The notes below the pieces were generated by a model, which was given only the letters and a program-made list of their open reading frames with translations, was not told the origin of the DNA and made no database searches. From the NCBI GenBank assembly GCA_014905635.1, contig JABVCE010000004.1:496001-560000 (forward strand): a stretch of DNA of 64,000 bases. The letters are read 5' to 3'. This document shows, in pieces, positions 18,612 to 30,010 of the stretch (position 1 is its first letter; the number at the start of each line of letters is the position of its first letter). A program made the position numbers and the translations under genes. The stretch comes from Scenedesmus sp. PABB004. Taxonomy: Eukaryota.

Positions 18612-20180
18612 ATGCTGGGGCCAGCGCGCAGCCAGACGGCGCGCGCCAGCCACCGGCCGGCGCCCGCACAGCTCGACGCTGCGCCGCCGCGCTGCCGCCC
18701 GCGACCGCCGCGGCGCTGCCGGGCGGCCGCGCGTGGCGATGTCGGGGCGGTGAGCAGGCGAGAAGCTGGGCTGGCCTGCGCGACCACGCTGCTGCTCGGT
18801 GCGGCGCCGGCGGCGCTCTGGCTCGCAACGGCCGATCGCTGCGCAGGGCCCGCCGCCCGACTCGGGCACCGCCGCCGCCGCCGCCGCCAGGCGGTGCTGC
18901 GCGGTCGGGAGCAGCCGGCGCGGCGCCGCCGGTGCCGCCGTGCGCGGCGCAGCTCGACCCCGCGCTCGCGGCCGCGTTCCTCGGCGCCGTCGACGAGGCC
19001 GTCGCGGCGGCGGGGCTGCTGCCCGCCGCGCAGCTCCAGCGCGAGCGCTTCCTGCTGGCGCAGCGCGAGTGGCCTTACTACGCGGCCGCCAACGCGGGCC
19101 GCCTGCCCGCGCTGCCGGCGCTCGAGGATGGCAGCGGCGGGCTGAGCAACCGGCTGCGCTACAACTTTACGAGCTACACGCTCTGGTGGGTGCGCCGGTG
19201 GAGAGGAGGAGCGCAGGAGTGGAAGCCCGCGCGCGGGCTGCCGCGAGCTGCGACGCACCGCCGGCCCCGCCGCGTCGCGGGCCGCGCGGCGCGGCGCGGC
19301 CGCCCGCCGCCCGCCGCCCCAGCCGCGCCGTGCGGCGCGGCCCGCGCAGGAAGACGGTCGCGCGGCACCTGCCCACGCCCGAGGCGCGCACCGCGTTTTG
19401 CGCGGACGCCGGGCGCCGCCTGCTCGACGCGCTCGCGCCGGACGCGCGGCGCGCGATGGCTGCGGCCGCCGCGGCGGGTGCGTGTGCACGGCGGCGCACC
19501 GCGGCGCAGCTGTCCGCGGCGCGCACCGCGCGCGGAGCGCGCACCGCGCCGGCCAAAACCCCGGCCGCTGCCGCCCGGCCGCCGCCGCAGAGCCGTCGCG
19601 GCGCGCGCCCGCGGCGGCGCTCGTGCGCGAGCTGCAGGGGCTGCTGGCGCTGCTCCAGCGGCGCGGCTACGCCTGCGGCTCGCAGGTCGCGTGGGGCGGC
19701 CTGCCGGGCGGCTGGCCCGCCGACTGGGCGACTGCGCAGCCGCAGCTGCTGGGCGCCGACGAGCTCGCGGCGCGGCCGGGCCCGTTGGACGCGGGCGCCG
19801 AGTTCCAGGTGCGCTCGCGCCGCCGCGCCTGCGGGGCCCGGGGCGCGCCGCCGGGTCCGAGGCCGAGCCCGCGCGCCGTCGCGCCATCGCGCCGCGGCGG
19901 CGCGCAGGTCAAGCTGCTGCAGCCGGCCGACATTGAGGCGAGCGTCGCGCTGCGATCCGAGGAGGACGGCTTTGAGGGGCGCCAGGTCAGCAGCATGCTC
20001 GCAGCCCTGCTCGACGCGGCTGGGTATCGCTCCGCAAGCATTGATGCCTATTACTACCAAGATGCCTGGCAGGGCCCCTCGCGAGCGCGCGACCGGCTGC
20101 TGCTGCTGTTCGGCGACCCGCTGGAGCAGGCCGACGTGCCCTTCGTCCCGTCCACGCTCGTGCTGGACTGCGCGGTGTGA
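18612..20180 (+). CDS. Uncharacterised plastid protein with transit peptide and twin-arginine (Tat) signal; probably thylakoid lumen
   Basis: The R/A/P-rich N-terminus is followed by VSRREAGLACATTLLL. Coding exons include FLLAQREWPYY...RYNFTSYTLW|KTVARHL and VKLLQPADIEASVALRSEEDGF...LVLDCAV*. Confidence 0.7.
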
Positions 20181-20327
20181 GCCGGGGCCGCCGGGGCGCC
20201 GCTGGTCAGCCCCGGGCTCTCATGAGAGCTCGGGGACCTCGAGGTAACCTGCCCGGGCCCGAGCGCTGTCGCCGCCGGCGCGCCAGGCTGCCGCACCGCG
20301 CTGCGTGCTGGGCGCGCTGCGGCGCGG

Positions 20328-23066
20328 TCAGGCCTTGCCGAAGCCCTTGGGGCTGGCGGGGCGCGGCTTCTGGCCCTTGCGCGCCGCCACGACGGGCGAC
20401 TCCTTGAGCCCGGCGATGCGCGGCACCTGCGGCGGCGGCGGCGGCAGCGGCGCGCGGTCGCTGGCGCCGCGCGCGCGCGGCCGCGCGCCAGCGAGCGCAA
20501 GCCCCCGCTCTCGCGCCGCGTGCCTGCTTGAGCTTGTCCGCGAGCGCGGCGATCACGTCGACCAGCAGCTGCTTGCGCTGGCTGCGGAAGCTCAGCGCGA
20601 GGCACATGTCGGGGCTCAGCGACGCCGCCGGCGCGCCCCCGCCGCCGCCGCCGCCGCCGTCGCCGCCGCCGCCGCCGCCGGGCGGCCGGCCCTGCAGCGC
20701 GGCGAGGTCGGGGTCGACGCCGCAGCTGAAGTTCTGCAGCGCGACCATCGCGACGCCGATGAGCACGCGCAGCGTGGCCGCCTCGTTCTGCTTGTTCAGC
20801 GGGCGGTCCCAGCTGCCCAGCACCTCGAGCGTGAGGCTCTCCACCTCGCTCTGGTACGTCGCGACGAGCCCCCGCACCGCCGCGAGCAGCCGCGGCTCCA
20901 CGAGCGCGGGGCCGCCCAGCACGACCTGCCGCCGGCCGCGGCGGCGGCGGCGGCGGTAGCGTTGCGGCGGCGGCGGCGGCGGTGCAGCGGCGCGGCGCGG
21001 CGCGCGGCCCTGCGCCGGCAACGCGCCGGCTGCGGCGCCGGCCCCACCTGCAGGTTTTGCTTTGGCCCGCCGCCGCTCAGGCCGAGACGCGCGAGGTGCT
21101 GCTGCCGCCACGGCGTGCTCGCGTCGACCTGCAGCAGCTGCCCCGCGCCGTCGCGCGCGCCGCCGATGAGCGCCGCGCTCTGCGGGCGGCGGCGGCGCGG
21201 CGCGCGTCGCACGGCGGCGCCCCTCTCGCCCCTCGCCCAGCCCCCTCGCGCGCGCGGCCGGGCGGTGAACCCCAGCGCCGGCGTCGTCCCGGGCTGCGGC
21301 GGCCCGCGCCGCGCCGCGCGCTCACGGCGACGAGCTCCGGCTCAAAGCGCAGCGCCACGCGGTCGTGGGGGTTGTCCGGGACGACAAAGCCATAGTCCAT
21401 TAGCAGAAAGTCGTTGGACAGCGGGCCGTAGCTCAGCAGCAGCGGCGCGCCCGCGGGGATCTGCGCGCCGCGGCGGCGCCGGCCGGCCGCGTGGCGGGCG
21501 GCGCGCGGCGCGGCGCGGCGCGGCGCGGCGCGGCGCGGCGCGGCGCGGCGCGGCGCGGCGCGGGCGGCGCGGCGCGGGCGGCGCGGACCTTGGTCTTGGC
21601 CACCAGCGCGACGCCGCCCGGGACGGGCAGCACCTCGGCGTTGGGCTGGAAGCTGTGGTTGGCCTGGCGGGCGGGCAGGCGGGCGGGCGGGCGGGCGGCG
21701 GCGGCGGCGGCGGCGGCGCGGCGAGGGGCGGCTGAGCGGCGCCCGCGCAGCCGGCCGGGCGCCGCTGAGACCTGCCGATCGGAACGCGCGCGACGTCACC
21801 ATGTCGATAAGCGGCAGCAGCGCGGCGGGCGCGGTGGGGCCGGCCACGCGGAACGCGCGCGACGTCACCACCGCGAGCGCCCAGCCTGGCGGGCAGGCGG
21901 CGGGCGGGGCGCGCGACGGTCGGCGCGCGCGGCGGGCGTCGCACGGCCGCGCCCCAGCCGGCGCTGCTAGCTGCTGCGCGCGCCTGCGCGCGCTCGCGCG
22001 CCCTCACCGAGGCTGTTGGTGTCGACGGCGACGCCGTCAAACGGGTCGGCCGGCGTGCCCGGCAGCTTGGCGAGCACGTCCAGCGCGAAGCGGTGCAGCC
22101 AGCGCCCACGCCGCTTCACCTGCGCGGCGGCGGCGGCGCGCGCGCCGGCGTCCGCGCGCGCGCCGGGCCCGCCCCCGCGTCGCGCGCCCCGCCGCCGCGC
22201 GCGCGCGGCTCCTCCGTCTGCGCCTGCGCCGGCGGGGGGCCGCGCCGCCGCGCGCGCCTGCTCGACCACCGGCGGGTACTCCACGGCCTCGAGCGCGTCG
22301 CGCGCAAAAAACATCGGCACGCCGGCCACGCCCACGGGCAGCTGCGCGACGTACGGCGCAAACGCGCTGCCCCCGCCGGCGACGCGCTGCGCCAGCAGCT
22401 GCGCGGGCGGGCGGGGCGCGCGCGCGCGCGCGCGCGCGGGCGGCTGCTCGGGCGCCGCCCGCGCGCCTGCCGCCGATGCCGGCGCGCCCGAGCGCCCGCG
22501 CCGCGCGGGCAGCGCACCTGCAGCGCCAGCTTGGCGCCCCACAGCTCGTCCGGCACCTGCGCCACGAGCGCCAGCAGCCGCGGGTCGCTCGACTCGTCGT
22601 ACGTGAGCTGGCAGCGGCGCGGCAGCTCGATCAGGCGCGCGCCGGGCTGTTCCACGGCCTGCGGGCCGGCCGGCGACGGGCGGCTCGGCGGGCGGCTCGG
22701 CGGCGGGGCGGCCGCGCGGCGCGCTGCCGCTGCAGCGCCGCTCGCGCGCTGCACCTGCGTGGCCACCAGGCCCCAGCCCGAGCCGCCGTCGGCGCCGGCG
22801 AGGTCGGCAGGGGCCACGCCGTTGACGGCGCCGCCGTTGGCCCGCACCCACGCGACGAGCGGGTGGGCCGCGTCGCCGCCGGCCGCCGCTGCCGCCGCGC
22901 CGGCCGCCGCCGCCCACGTCGCCGCGCCGCGCCGGCGCGGCCGTCCCTGCTGCTGCTGCAGCTGCTGCTGCCGCGGCTGCGGCCAGGCGTGCGAGGCCGC
23001 GGCGGGCCAGGCCTGCCTGCTCGCCGCGCCGGCGGCCGCCGCCGCGCGCGCCAGGCCGCCGCGCAT
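20328..23066 (-). CDS. SET-domain protein-lysine methyltransferase, Rubisco LSMT family, probably plastid-targeted
   Basis: Transit peptide, then LVAWVRANGG, GWGLVAT, FAPYVAQLPVG, GWALAVVTSRAFR, LLPLIDM|ANHSF, LLLSYGPLSNDFLLMDYGFVVPDNPHD and an LSMT substrate-binding region (LALSFRSQRKQLL). Ends PKGFGKA* at 20328. Confidence 0.92.
21506..21561. repeat. (GCGCG)n pentanucleotide tract in an intron
   Basis: About 11 tandem cggcg units. Confidence 0.85.
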
Positions 23067-23870
23067 CACGCCGCCGCTGCCGCTGCTGCTGCTGCTGCTG
23101 CTGGCTCTGCTGCTGGCTCTGCTCCCGCAGCTGTCGGTGCGTCTGCTGGCGCTGGGGAGCGGCGGCCCAGGCGCGCGGCGTCAGCTGCAGCGGCAGCGGA
23201 GGTGGCAGCAGCGCGGCGCTCCCACCAGCTCACCCGTCGCGGAGGGCGCCCGAGCCCGGCGCGCCGGCGAGCATCGAGCCGCACGCAGACCGGCGGCGCC
23301 GCGCCGAGCTGCTGCCGCCGTCGAGCTGCTGCCGCCGCTGCCGGCTGCGGCCGCTGCCACGGCTGCTGCGCTCGGCCGGCACGGTGATCACCGTCAGTGC
23401 CGCCTCCCGATCGGGCGCAGGGATGAACAGCGCTGGGCGCGCGTGCCCGGCCAGCTGCCGCAGCGACTTTGCGGCCGCCAGCGCGCCATGCGCTTCGGCT
23501 GGGGCTTCTGTTGCGGCAGAACCGTCCGCTCTTGCAGCCCGCGCCGCGCAGCAGGCGCACCGCGCGCACCGGCAGCGGGGCGCCCGCGCCCGGCGCGGCC
23601 GGGGCCCGTACGGTTAGGCAGTGCATGTGACGAGGCGGCGGGTGACCGCGCCCGCGGCGCCTGAGGCAGCAGGAGCGCTCGGCGAGGCAGCAGCAGCACG
23701 CGGGGCCATCACGCCCGCCCCCTCGCCGGGGCACGGCCAGCGCCGGCGCGTGCTGGGGCGCAGGCCGCTGATCAGGCGCTCCAGCGCCCAGGCAGCGCCC
23801 CGCCGGTACCGCAGCGGCGGCCCTCGGGCGGCATCGACCGGGTGCTGCTGCCCGCCATCGCACGCCCGCC

Positions 23871-25442
23871 ATGGTCCGCTTCCACTGGCACGTGGAGGAC
23901 GGCCTGGGCGCCTTCACGCCGCCGGGGGGCATGTACTTCGTCCCCGGCGCCGGCGGCGTGCAGCACGTCGAGGTCGCGGTGCAGATCGCGGGCGAGGCGG
24001 AGCACATGCGCGCGCTGTTCACGGTGCCGGCGGGCTACATGACCGCGGGCCGCGTGCGCGACGTCGGCGTCGTGCTGGGCCACGGCGAGGACGCGGAGGA
24101 CTGGAAGGGCCCGCTGCTTACCGAGATTGCCGTCGCGCTCGCCAAAGCGGGTGCGGGCCGCGACGGCGCCGCCGCCGCGCCGCGCCGCGCCGCCCGCCCG
24201 CCCACGCCCGCCGCGCCGCGCCCCCTGCAGGCTACGTCGTGGTGCGCTACCACAGCGCGGGGCGCGAGCAGCGGCGGCAGCGCATGTTTGAAAAGGCGCT
24301 CGACGTCTGCGCGACGAGCCCGTTTGCGCGCTTCGTGCAGCGCTGGGTGCTGGCGGGGGTCGGCCACGGCGCGCGCCTCGCGGCGATCGTGGGCGCGCGC
24401 GCGCGCGGCGCCGTCGCCGGCTACGTGCTGCTCTCCTACCCCCTCACGGTGCGCCGGCGGGCGGGCGGCAGCGGCGCCCGCGGTGCCCACGGCGCAGCGC
24501 GCGCAGCGCAGGCAGGCCAGCGCGGCGGGCGCGCGCGCCGCTCGTGCAGCGGGAGGCCGAACGCGCCGCTGCCGCCGCCGCCGCGCGTGCGCGCAGGACT
24601 CGCTGCAGACCGCCAAGGGCCCCGTGCTGCCCGACAGCAGCATCCTGCTGCTGCGCGTGCCCGCGCCGGTGCTGTTTGTGCACGGCGGTGCCGACGGCAA
24701 GCACCCGGTCGGCCAGGTCCGCACGGTCGCGGCGCAGATGAGGCCCGCCGCGGCGCCACGGCTCGTGGAGGTCCCTGGCGTCGACGGGTCGTTTGCGAGC
24801 GGCGAGCCGCGCGCCGTCGCGCCCGGCACGCTCGCCGCGATCACCGGCCCGGTGCTCGAGTTTGTCGACGCGCTGCGCGTCGGCGCGGCGCCCGGGCCGT
24901 CCGTCCCGGCCGCGGTGCCGCCCGGCGCGTCGGCGGCGGCGCTCTCGGAGAGCGCCGCCGCGGGCATCGCCGCCCAGGTGGCCATCCTGGACGAGGACGA
25001 TGCCCTGGTGTATGAGGTGGAGCCCTTTGGCGGCGGCGGCGGCGGCGGCGGCGCCGACGGCGGCGGCGGCAGCGGCGGCAGCAGCGGCGGCGGCGCCGCC
25101 GCCAACGGCCAGGCGCTCACGCCGCACCAGCTGCTGCAGGCGCAGGCGCAGCTGCAGCTGCAACAGGTCTTCCAGCAGCAGCAGCTCGCCGCGGCGGCGG
25201 CCGCCAAGGGCGGGCAGCAGTTTGCCGCGATGCAGCAGGCCGCGGCGCAGCAGTTTGCTGCCATGCAGCAGGCCGCGGCCAAGCTGCAGGCCCAGGGCGG
25301 CGGCGTCGTGCTCACGCCGCAGATGCTCGCGGCGGCGCAGGCCATGGCGGCCGCGGCGGCGGCCAAGCAGCAGGGCGGCGCGCGGCCTGACGGCGCGGCG
25401 CAGGCGGCGGAGCAGCAGGCGGGCGAGGCGGGCCAGCAGTAG
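23871..25442 (+). CDS. KANSL3/TEX30-like alpha/beta-hydrolase-fold protein with Q/A-rich tail; catalytic residues appear lost
   Basis: GVVLGHG...LAKAGYVVVRY...WVLAGVGHGARLAA...GYVLLSYPL|...VPAPVLFVHGGAD...VEVPGVDGSF follows the TEX30/KANSL3 pattern (GxSMGxR, LxYPL, PxLFVQG, GGDHSF). Two introns at about 24150-24230 and 24449-24596. Confidence 0.8.
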   Translation: MVRFHWHVEDGLGAFTPPGGMYFVPGAGGVQHVEVAVQIAGEAEHMRALFTVPAGYMTAGRVRDVGVVLGHGEDAEDWKGPLLTEIAVALAKAGAGRDGAAAAPRRAARPPTPAAPRPLQATSWCATTARGASSGGSACLKRRSTSARRARLRASCSAGCWRGSATARASRRSWARARAAPSPATCCSPTPSRCAGGRAAAAPAVPTAQRAQRRQASAAGARAARAAGGRTRRCRRRRACAQDSLQTAKGPVLPDSSILLLRVPAPVLFVHGGADGKHPVGQVRTVAAQMRPAAAPRLVEVPGVDGSFASGEPRAVAPGTLAAITGPVLEFVDALRVGAAPGPSVPAAVPPGASAAALSESAAAGIAAQVAILDEDDALVYEVEPFGGGGGGGGADGGGGSGGSSGGGAAANGQALTPHQLLQAQAQLQLQQVFQQQQLAAAAAAKGGQQFAAMQQAAAQQFAAMQQAAAKLQAQGGGVVLTPQMLAAAQAMAAAAAAKQQGGARPDGAAQAAEQQAGEAGQQ

Positions 25443-26066
25443 GCGCCGCGGGCGCGGCGGCGGGGGCTGCGGCGAGGGCTGCGGCGAGGGCAGGGCAGGG
25501 CGGGCGGCACGAGGGGCGGGCGGGCGCGTGCCTGGCGCGGGGGGAGAGGGGCTCGAGCCACACAGTTGTCTGCGCGGAGCGCGCAGCGCGCGTTTGTCGG
25601 ACGAGGCTGCGGCGGGGCGCGTGCCAGCGCGGCGCGCCGGCCGCGGCGTCTGTCGGATGCGGGTGCACCGCCGCCACCGCGCCGGCGGCGGTCGGAGGAA
25701 CTCGCGGGCGTGCGCAGCCGGCGGCGGGCCCGGCGGCGCGGCGCAGGGTTGAGCTCCAACGCAGCGCAGCGGCTGCGCGCCCGCAACGCTCGCCCCAGCG
25801 CACGTCCCGCACTCCCGCGAACCCGCGCGGCCGGCCAGCGCCCCGGCGCGCTCGGCGTCCAGCGCCCGGCAGCGCCAGGGCGCGCCCGATCCGCTAGGCA
25901 GCGCGCCCCGCTCGCTGGCACCGCCTACAGAGCTCATGATCGCTCCCACGCAGCGCGCCACCGCGGCGCGGCGTCGCTGAGCCGCGGCGGGGGCGGCGGC
26001 AGCGACGCTGCTGCAGCGCAGGCGGCAGCAGGCCGCCCGGCAGCGCCTCCCACAGGCGCAGGCGCC

Positions 26067-27773
26067 ATGGGTCCCCGGGCGCTGAAGCTGAGCGGGCACA
26101 GCTACACGCTGCAGCTGAAGAAGCTCGAGCGCCAGCTCTCCACGCAGCTCGACCGCCTCGCGGTGAACGAGGAGACCGTGGCGGCGGCGGTGATGCGCGA
26201 GCAGGTGCTCTGCGACCTCATCGCGCACCAGGAGGTCGTCATTTCCCTGCTGGAGCAGCAGAAGCACTGGCTCGCGGCCCTGCAAGCGGGGCAGGCCCCC
26301 GCTGCGCCCGCCGCGGCGTCCGAGGCGGCGCCGAGCGCGGGCGAGCCGGCGAGCGAGGGCCAGGCGTCGGCGGCGGCGCCGCCGGCCGCGCCGTCGCGCG
26401 AGCGCTCGCCTAGCGTCCAGGAGGCGGCGCAGCAGGCGCCGCCGGACGGCGGCGGCGCGGCACTGAGCTACGTCGCGGGGCTGCTCGCCGCCGCGACGCC
26501 GGCGCAGCTGCAGCGCGTGCTGGACATGCGCGCGGAGGACTGGGAGCAGTACAAGCATGACCACTTTGTGCGCCTCGTCGCGCTGCTGGAGCTCGTCAAC
26601 CGCCCGCCCACGTACGACGACGACGACGGCGGCAGCGGCGGCGGCGGCGGCGGGAAGTGCGGCGGCGGCGACGCGTGCGGCGGCTCGCCGCGCCGCAGCG
26701 CCGGCAGCGCCGCCGGCGCGCGCAGCGGCGGCAGCGGCAGCGGCGGCGGCGGCGGCGGCGCGCCGAGCGGGCTCGCCGAGATGGACATCCCGCGCCAGTT
26801 TGCGGCGGTCGTTGACGAGGGCATCACGCTCTCCTTCCTCGCGCTCTTCTTCAACCACCTCTCCATCACCAGCGCGGCGACCAACCAGGACCTCTCCACG
26901 CACGCCGCGCCGCCGGGCCACTGGATGCGCGTGGTCAAGAAGCTCGACCTCACGCCGCAGCAGCTGCTGCAGATGCGCGTCGCGAGCGAGGAGTTCACGC
27001 GGCTCAACCGCGCCGCGTCGGCCGAGGCGGAGGCGCTCGTGAGCCGCGCCGCGGCGCCGAGCCTGCTGCTCGCGGCCGAGGCGTCCATCCAGGCCGCCGC
27101 GAGCAGCGCCGGCAGCGGCAGCGGCAGCGGCAGCGGCGGCGCGGCGATGGCGAGCGCGGGCAGCGGCTCGCCCTCCGCCCCCGACGGCGCGGCGCCGGCC
27201 GCGCCGTCGCTGCGCGCCGACGGCAGCGCCGAGGACAGCGCCGACGGCGGCGCCGGCGGCGCCGCCGCCTCGGCCACCGCGGGCGCGCCCGGCGCCGGCG
27301 CGGGCGACGCCGGCGCCGCCGCCGCGCCCGCCGGCGACGGCGCGCTGGACGGCCTGCTCGCGCGGCACCTGCGCCTGCGCTTCCTGTACATGGTGATGAT
27401 TGGAATGTTTGTGTTCAACTCCCTCTCGCGCATTCAAATCGCTCAGATGACCGTCTCCTGCTACCCCTACTATCCCATGCTCACCGCGGTGGCCGAGGCG
27501 GCGGGCGAGCTGCACAAGGCGCGCGAGGCGGAGGGCGGCGGCGGCCAGCGGCGGGCGCGGCGCGGCGGCGGCGCGGCCGCAGCGGCCGCCGCGCCCGCGC
27601 CGGCCGGCGACGACGACGGCGGCGCGGCCGCGGCGCGCTCGATCGCGCGGCAGCAGCTTGAGCGGCACCAGGCGCAGCGCAGCACGCTGCTGAGCCTGCA
27701 GCAGCGCTGGTTCCAGCAGACCGTGCAGGCGCAGCAGAGCATGGCGATGGACAGCGCCGGGCGGCCGCAGTGA
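26067..27773 (+). CDS. Intronless hypothetical protein with N-terminal coiled coil and C-terminal LSxxQxAxxxVxCYPxxP motif (chlorophyte bZIP-associated-type domain)
   Basis: ATG 26067 in Kozak-like gccATGg context. LKKLERQLSTQLDRL..., HWMRVVKKLDLTPQQ and NSLSRIQIAQMTVSCYPYYP. Family assignment is from memory of similar green-algal proteins. Confidence 0.75.
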   Translation: MGPRALKLSGHSYTLQLKKLERQLSTQLDRLAVNEETVAAAVMREQVLCDLIAHQEVVISLLEQQKHWLAALQAGQAPAAPAAASEAAPSAGEPASEGQASAAAPPAAPSRERSPSVQEAAQQAPPDGGGAALSYVAGLLAAATPAQLQRVLDMRAEDWEQYKHDHFVRLVALLELVNRPPTYDDDDGGSGGGGGGKCGGGDACGGSPRRSAGSAAGARSGGSGSGGGGGGAPSGLAEMDIPRQFAAVVDEGITLSFLALFFNHLSITSAATNQDLSTHAAPPGHWMRVVKKLDLTPQQLLQMRVASEEFTRLNRAASAEAEALVSRAAAPSLLLAAEASIQAAASSAGSGSGSGSGGAAMASAGSGSPSAPDGAAPAAPSLRADGSAEDSADGGAGGAAASATAGAPGAGAGDAGAAAAPAGDGALDGLLARHLRLRFLYMVMIGMFVFNSLSRIQIAQMTVSCYPYYPMLTAVAEAAGELHKAREAEGGGGQRRARRGGGAAAAAAAPAPAGDDDGGAAAARSIARQQLERHQAQRSTLLSLQQRWFQQTVQAQQSMAMDSAGRPQ

Positions 27774-28712
27774 CGCCGCCGCGCGCGCCCCCTGGCGCGC
27801 ACGCGCGCGTGCGCGCGCCGCCGCGGCCGGGCGGCAACGCGCACGACGTGTGCGCGTGCCTGTGCACTGGGGCGGGGGGAGCATGCAGCTGCACAGCGCT
27901 GCGAGTGGGCAAGCAGTCTTTTCTTTTCGGCGGCACCGTCGCATTGTCGCACGAGGCGGCGGCCATCTAATGCAGCATCAAATCAGGCGGCACGCGCATT
28001 CGATGTGCTGTGCATCCGTCCCAGGCTCTGGGCCGCGCACGCACGGCCGGGCTGCGGCCGCAGCAATTCCAACCGCGCGTGGCTTCTTCTGCCTCTCTTT
28101 TTTCTTGAGCTTGTGTGCAAAGCACTGCCCGGGCCCGCTTGAGCGCGAGCCACGCCGAAGCGCGCCGGTTGCGCCGCTGCGAGCGTGCTTCTGACTGCCG
28201 CGCCGCGCCAACGCGGTCCCCAAACGTGCCGCGCTCACAGCCCGGCGGCGTCGTGCGGCGGCGGCGCCGTCATGAACGCACCGCTCCTGCTGCTGGCGTT
28301 ACGCCAGCAGCTACATTGGTGCTGCGCGCGCTTTGCTTTGGGGCGGGGCGGGGCGGCCGGGCGGCGTCGCGGCGGCGTTGGCTGGGGCTGCGGGGAGTGG
28401 GCGGTGATGCCTCGGGAGGACAAGCGACGCCCGCGGGGCAAGCACACGTGATCTCTGTGCGGGAGGCGACGCGGGATGACGGCAACTCGCCCGCGGCGCC
28501 CGCCCGCCGCCCGCGCTGAACCCCGGCCGGCGCGGCGCATGGCACCCCGCACGCTGCAGCCCGGCCCCGCACAACGCCCCCCCCTGCGCTCGCCAGTCTC
28601 CCCGGCTTCTTCTCAGGAACCCCAGATCGCGCCCGCGCAGCAGCAGACGTCCGCAGCGGCAGCAGCAGCGGCAGCAGCAGCAGCGGCGGCCGCCGCCGGT
28701 GCCGGCGCCGCG

Positions 28713-29273
28713 ATGGCGGAGGAGGGCGAGGCGCCGCCCGCGCTGCCGGAGCCGGTGGTGGTGGAGTACGACCCCATCACGGGCGTGCCGGCGGAGTTCA
28801 ACGAGTTCCTGCCGCCCGAGAGCGCGGAGCACAAGCGATGGAAGGCCTCGCTCGCCGGCCCCGAGGCGCTGGCGGCGCTGACGCTCAAGGACAAGGACGG
28901 CAACGAGATCGAGAAGCAGCTGCCGGGCGGGAAGGTCAAGAAGAAGGCCAAGGCGGCCGTCGTGCTGGAGAGCCACACCCGCAACAAGAAGAAGTGCGTG
29001 ACCACTATCACCGGCCTCGAGTCCTTCGGCGTCAAGCTGGGCGACGCGGCCAAGCTGTTCGGCAAGAAGTTTGCGTGCGGCGCGAGCGTGGTGAAGAGCC
29101 CGCTCGGCACGGAGCAGATAGACATGCAGGGCGAGTTTGTCGACAAGCTCGCAGACCTGGTGCTCAAGACCTACGGCGCCAGCAACGGCATCGGCAAGCC
29201 CGACATCTACGTCGTGCAGGACAAGCGCAAGGTGCCGTTCTTCGACGCCGACAGCGACGGCTGCGACGAGTGA
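28713..29273 (+). CDS. DENR: Density-regulated protein / translation machinery-associated protein 22 (SUI1 domain), intronless
   Basis: KQLPGGKVKKK, RNKKKCVTTITGLESFGVKLGDAAKLFGKKFACGASVVK and EQIDMQGEF match DENR/TMA22. The N-terminal VEYDPITGVPAEFNEF aligns to the DENR N-domain. Confidence 0.95.
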   Translation: MAEEGEAPPALPEPVVVEYDPITGVPAEFNEFLPPESAEHKRWKASLAGPEALAALTLKDKDGNEIEKQLPGGKVKKKAKAAVVLESHTRNKKKCVTTITGLESFGVKLGDAAKLFGKKFACGASVVKSPLGTEQIDMQGEFVDKLADLVLKTYGASNGIGKPDIYVVQDKRKVPFFDADSDGCDE

Positions 29274-29907
29274 GCGCCGTGGCGGCGGCGCGCCGCGCGC
29301 CGTGGTGCGGCGCACGGCGGCAGGCTACGGCGGCGCGCCGGCGCGCGCGGCGCCAGCTGCGGCGGCACGCCCGGCAGCTGCCGGCCAGCGCGCCGGCGCG
29401 CGCGGGGCCAGCTGCAGCCGCCGCTGGGCGCGCCGCCGCGCGTGACCAGCTGCTGGCTGGCAGCACGCGGCAGCTGCCGGCGAGCTCGCGGAGCGCCGTC
29501 GCCAGCCTGGAGCAGGCGCGGGCGGCTGGCCTGGAGCAGCTGCGCTGCAGCTGGCGGCGGGCGAGGTGCAGCGAGGCCGTCAGCGGGCGACCGCGCCAGC
29601 CAGCGGCCACAAGCTCGGGAGCAGCGTCGGACGGCCTCTTGCAGCCCCAGCGCCAGAGCAGCTGGCGGCGCAGGCGGAGTGGCCGTGCCCCCCCCCCTCC
29701 CGGCCGAGCACGTGGGCGTCAACGCACGCGCGGCGGCACGCGCGGGGGCGCGAGCCCGCTTTGCGGCCGGCGCACGCGCACGCCACGCCCCAGCGTGGCG
29801 CGCGCAGCGCCGAGCTGAACGCGCCAGGCCCGCCTGCTGTGTGCGCGCGGCGCGGCCTCGGCGCGTGCGCGGTAATGGTTGCACGCGAGGGCCGTCGTCG
29901 CACGCCG

Positions 29908-29953
29908 CGCAGCGCAGCGCAGCGCAGCGCAGCGCAGCGCAGCGCAGCGCAGC
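29908..29953. repeat. (GCGCA)n pentanucleotide tract
   Basis: About 9 tandem agcgc units between convergent genes. Confidence 0.85.
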
Positions 29954-30010
29954 GCCCGCCGCCGCCGCCGCGCGCGCGCGCGGTCCGGCAGCGCGCACAC
30001 CGCGTCGCCG

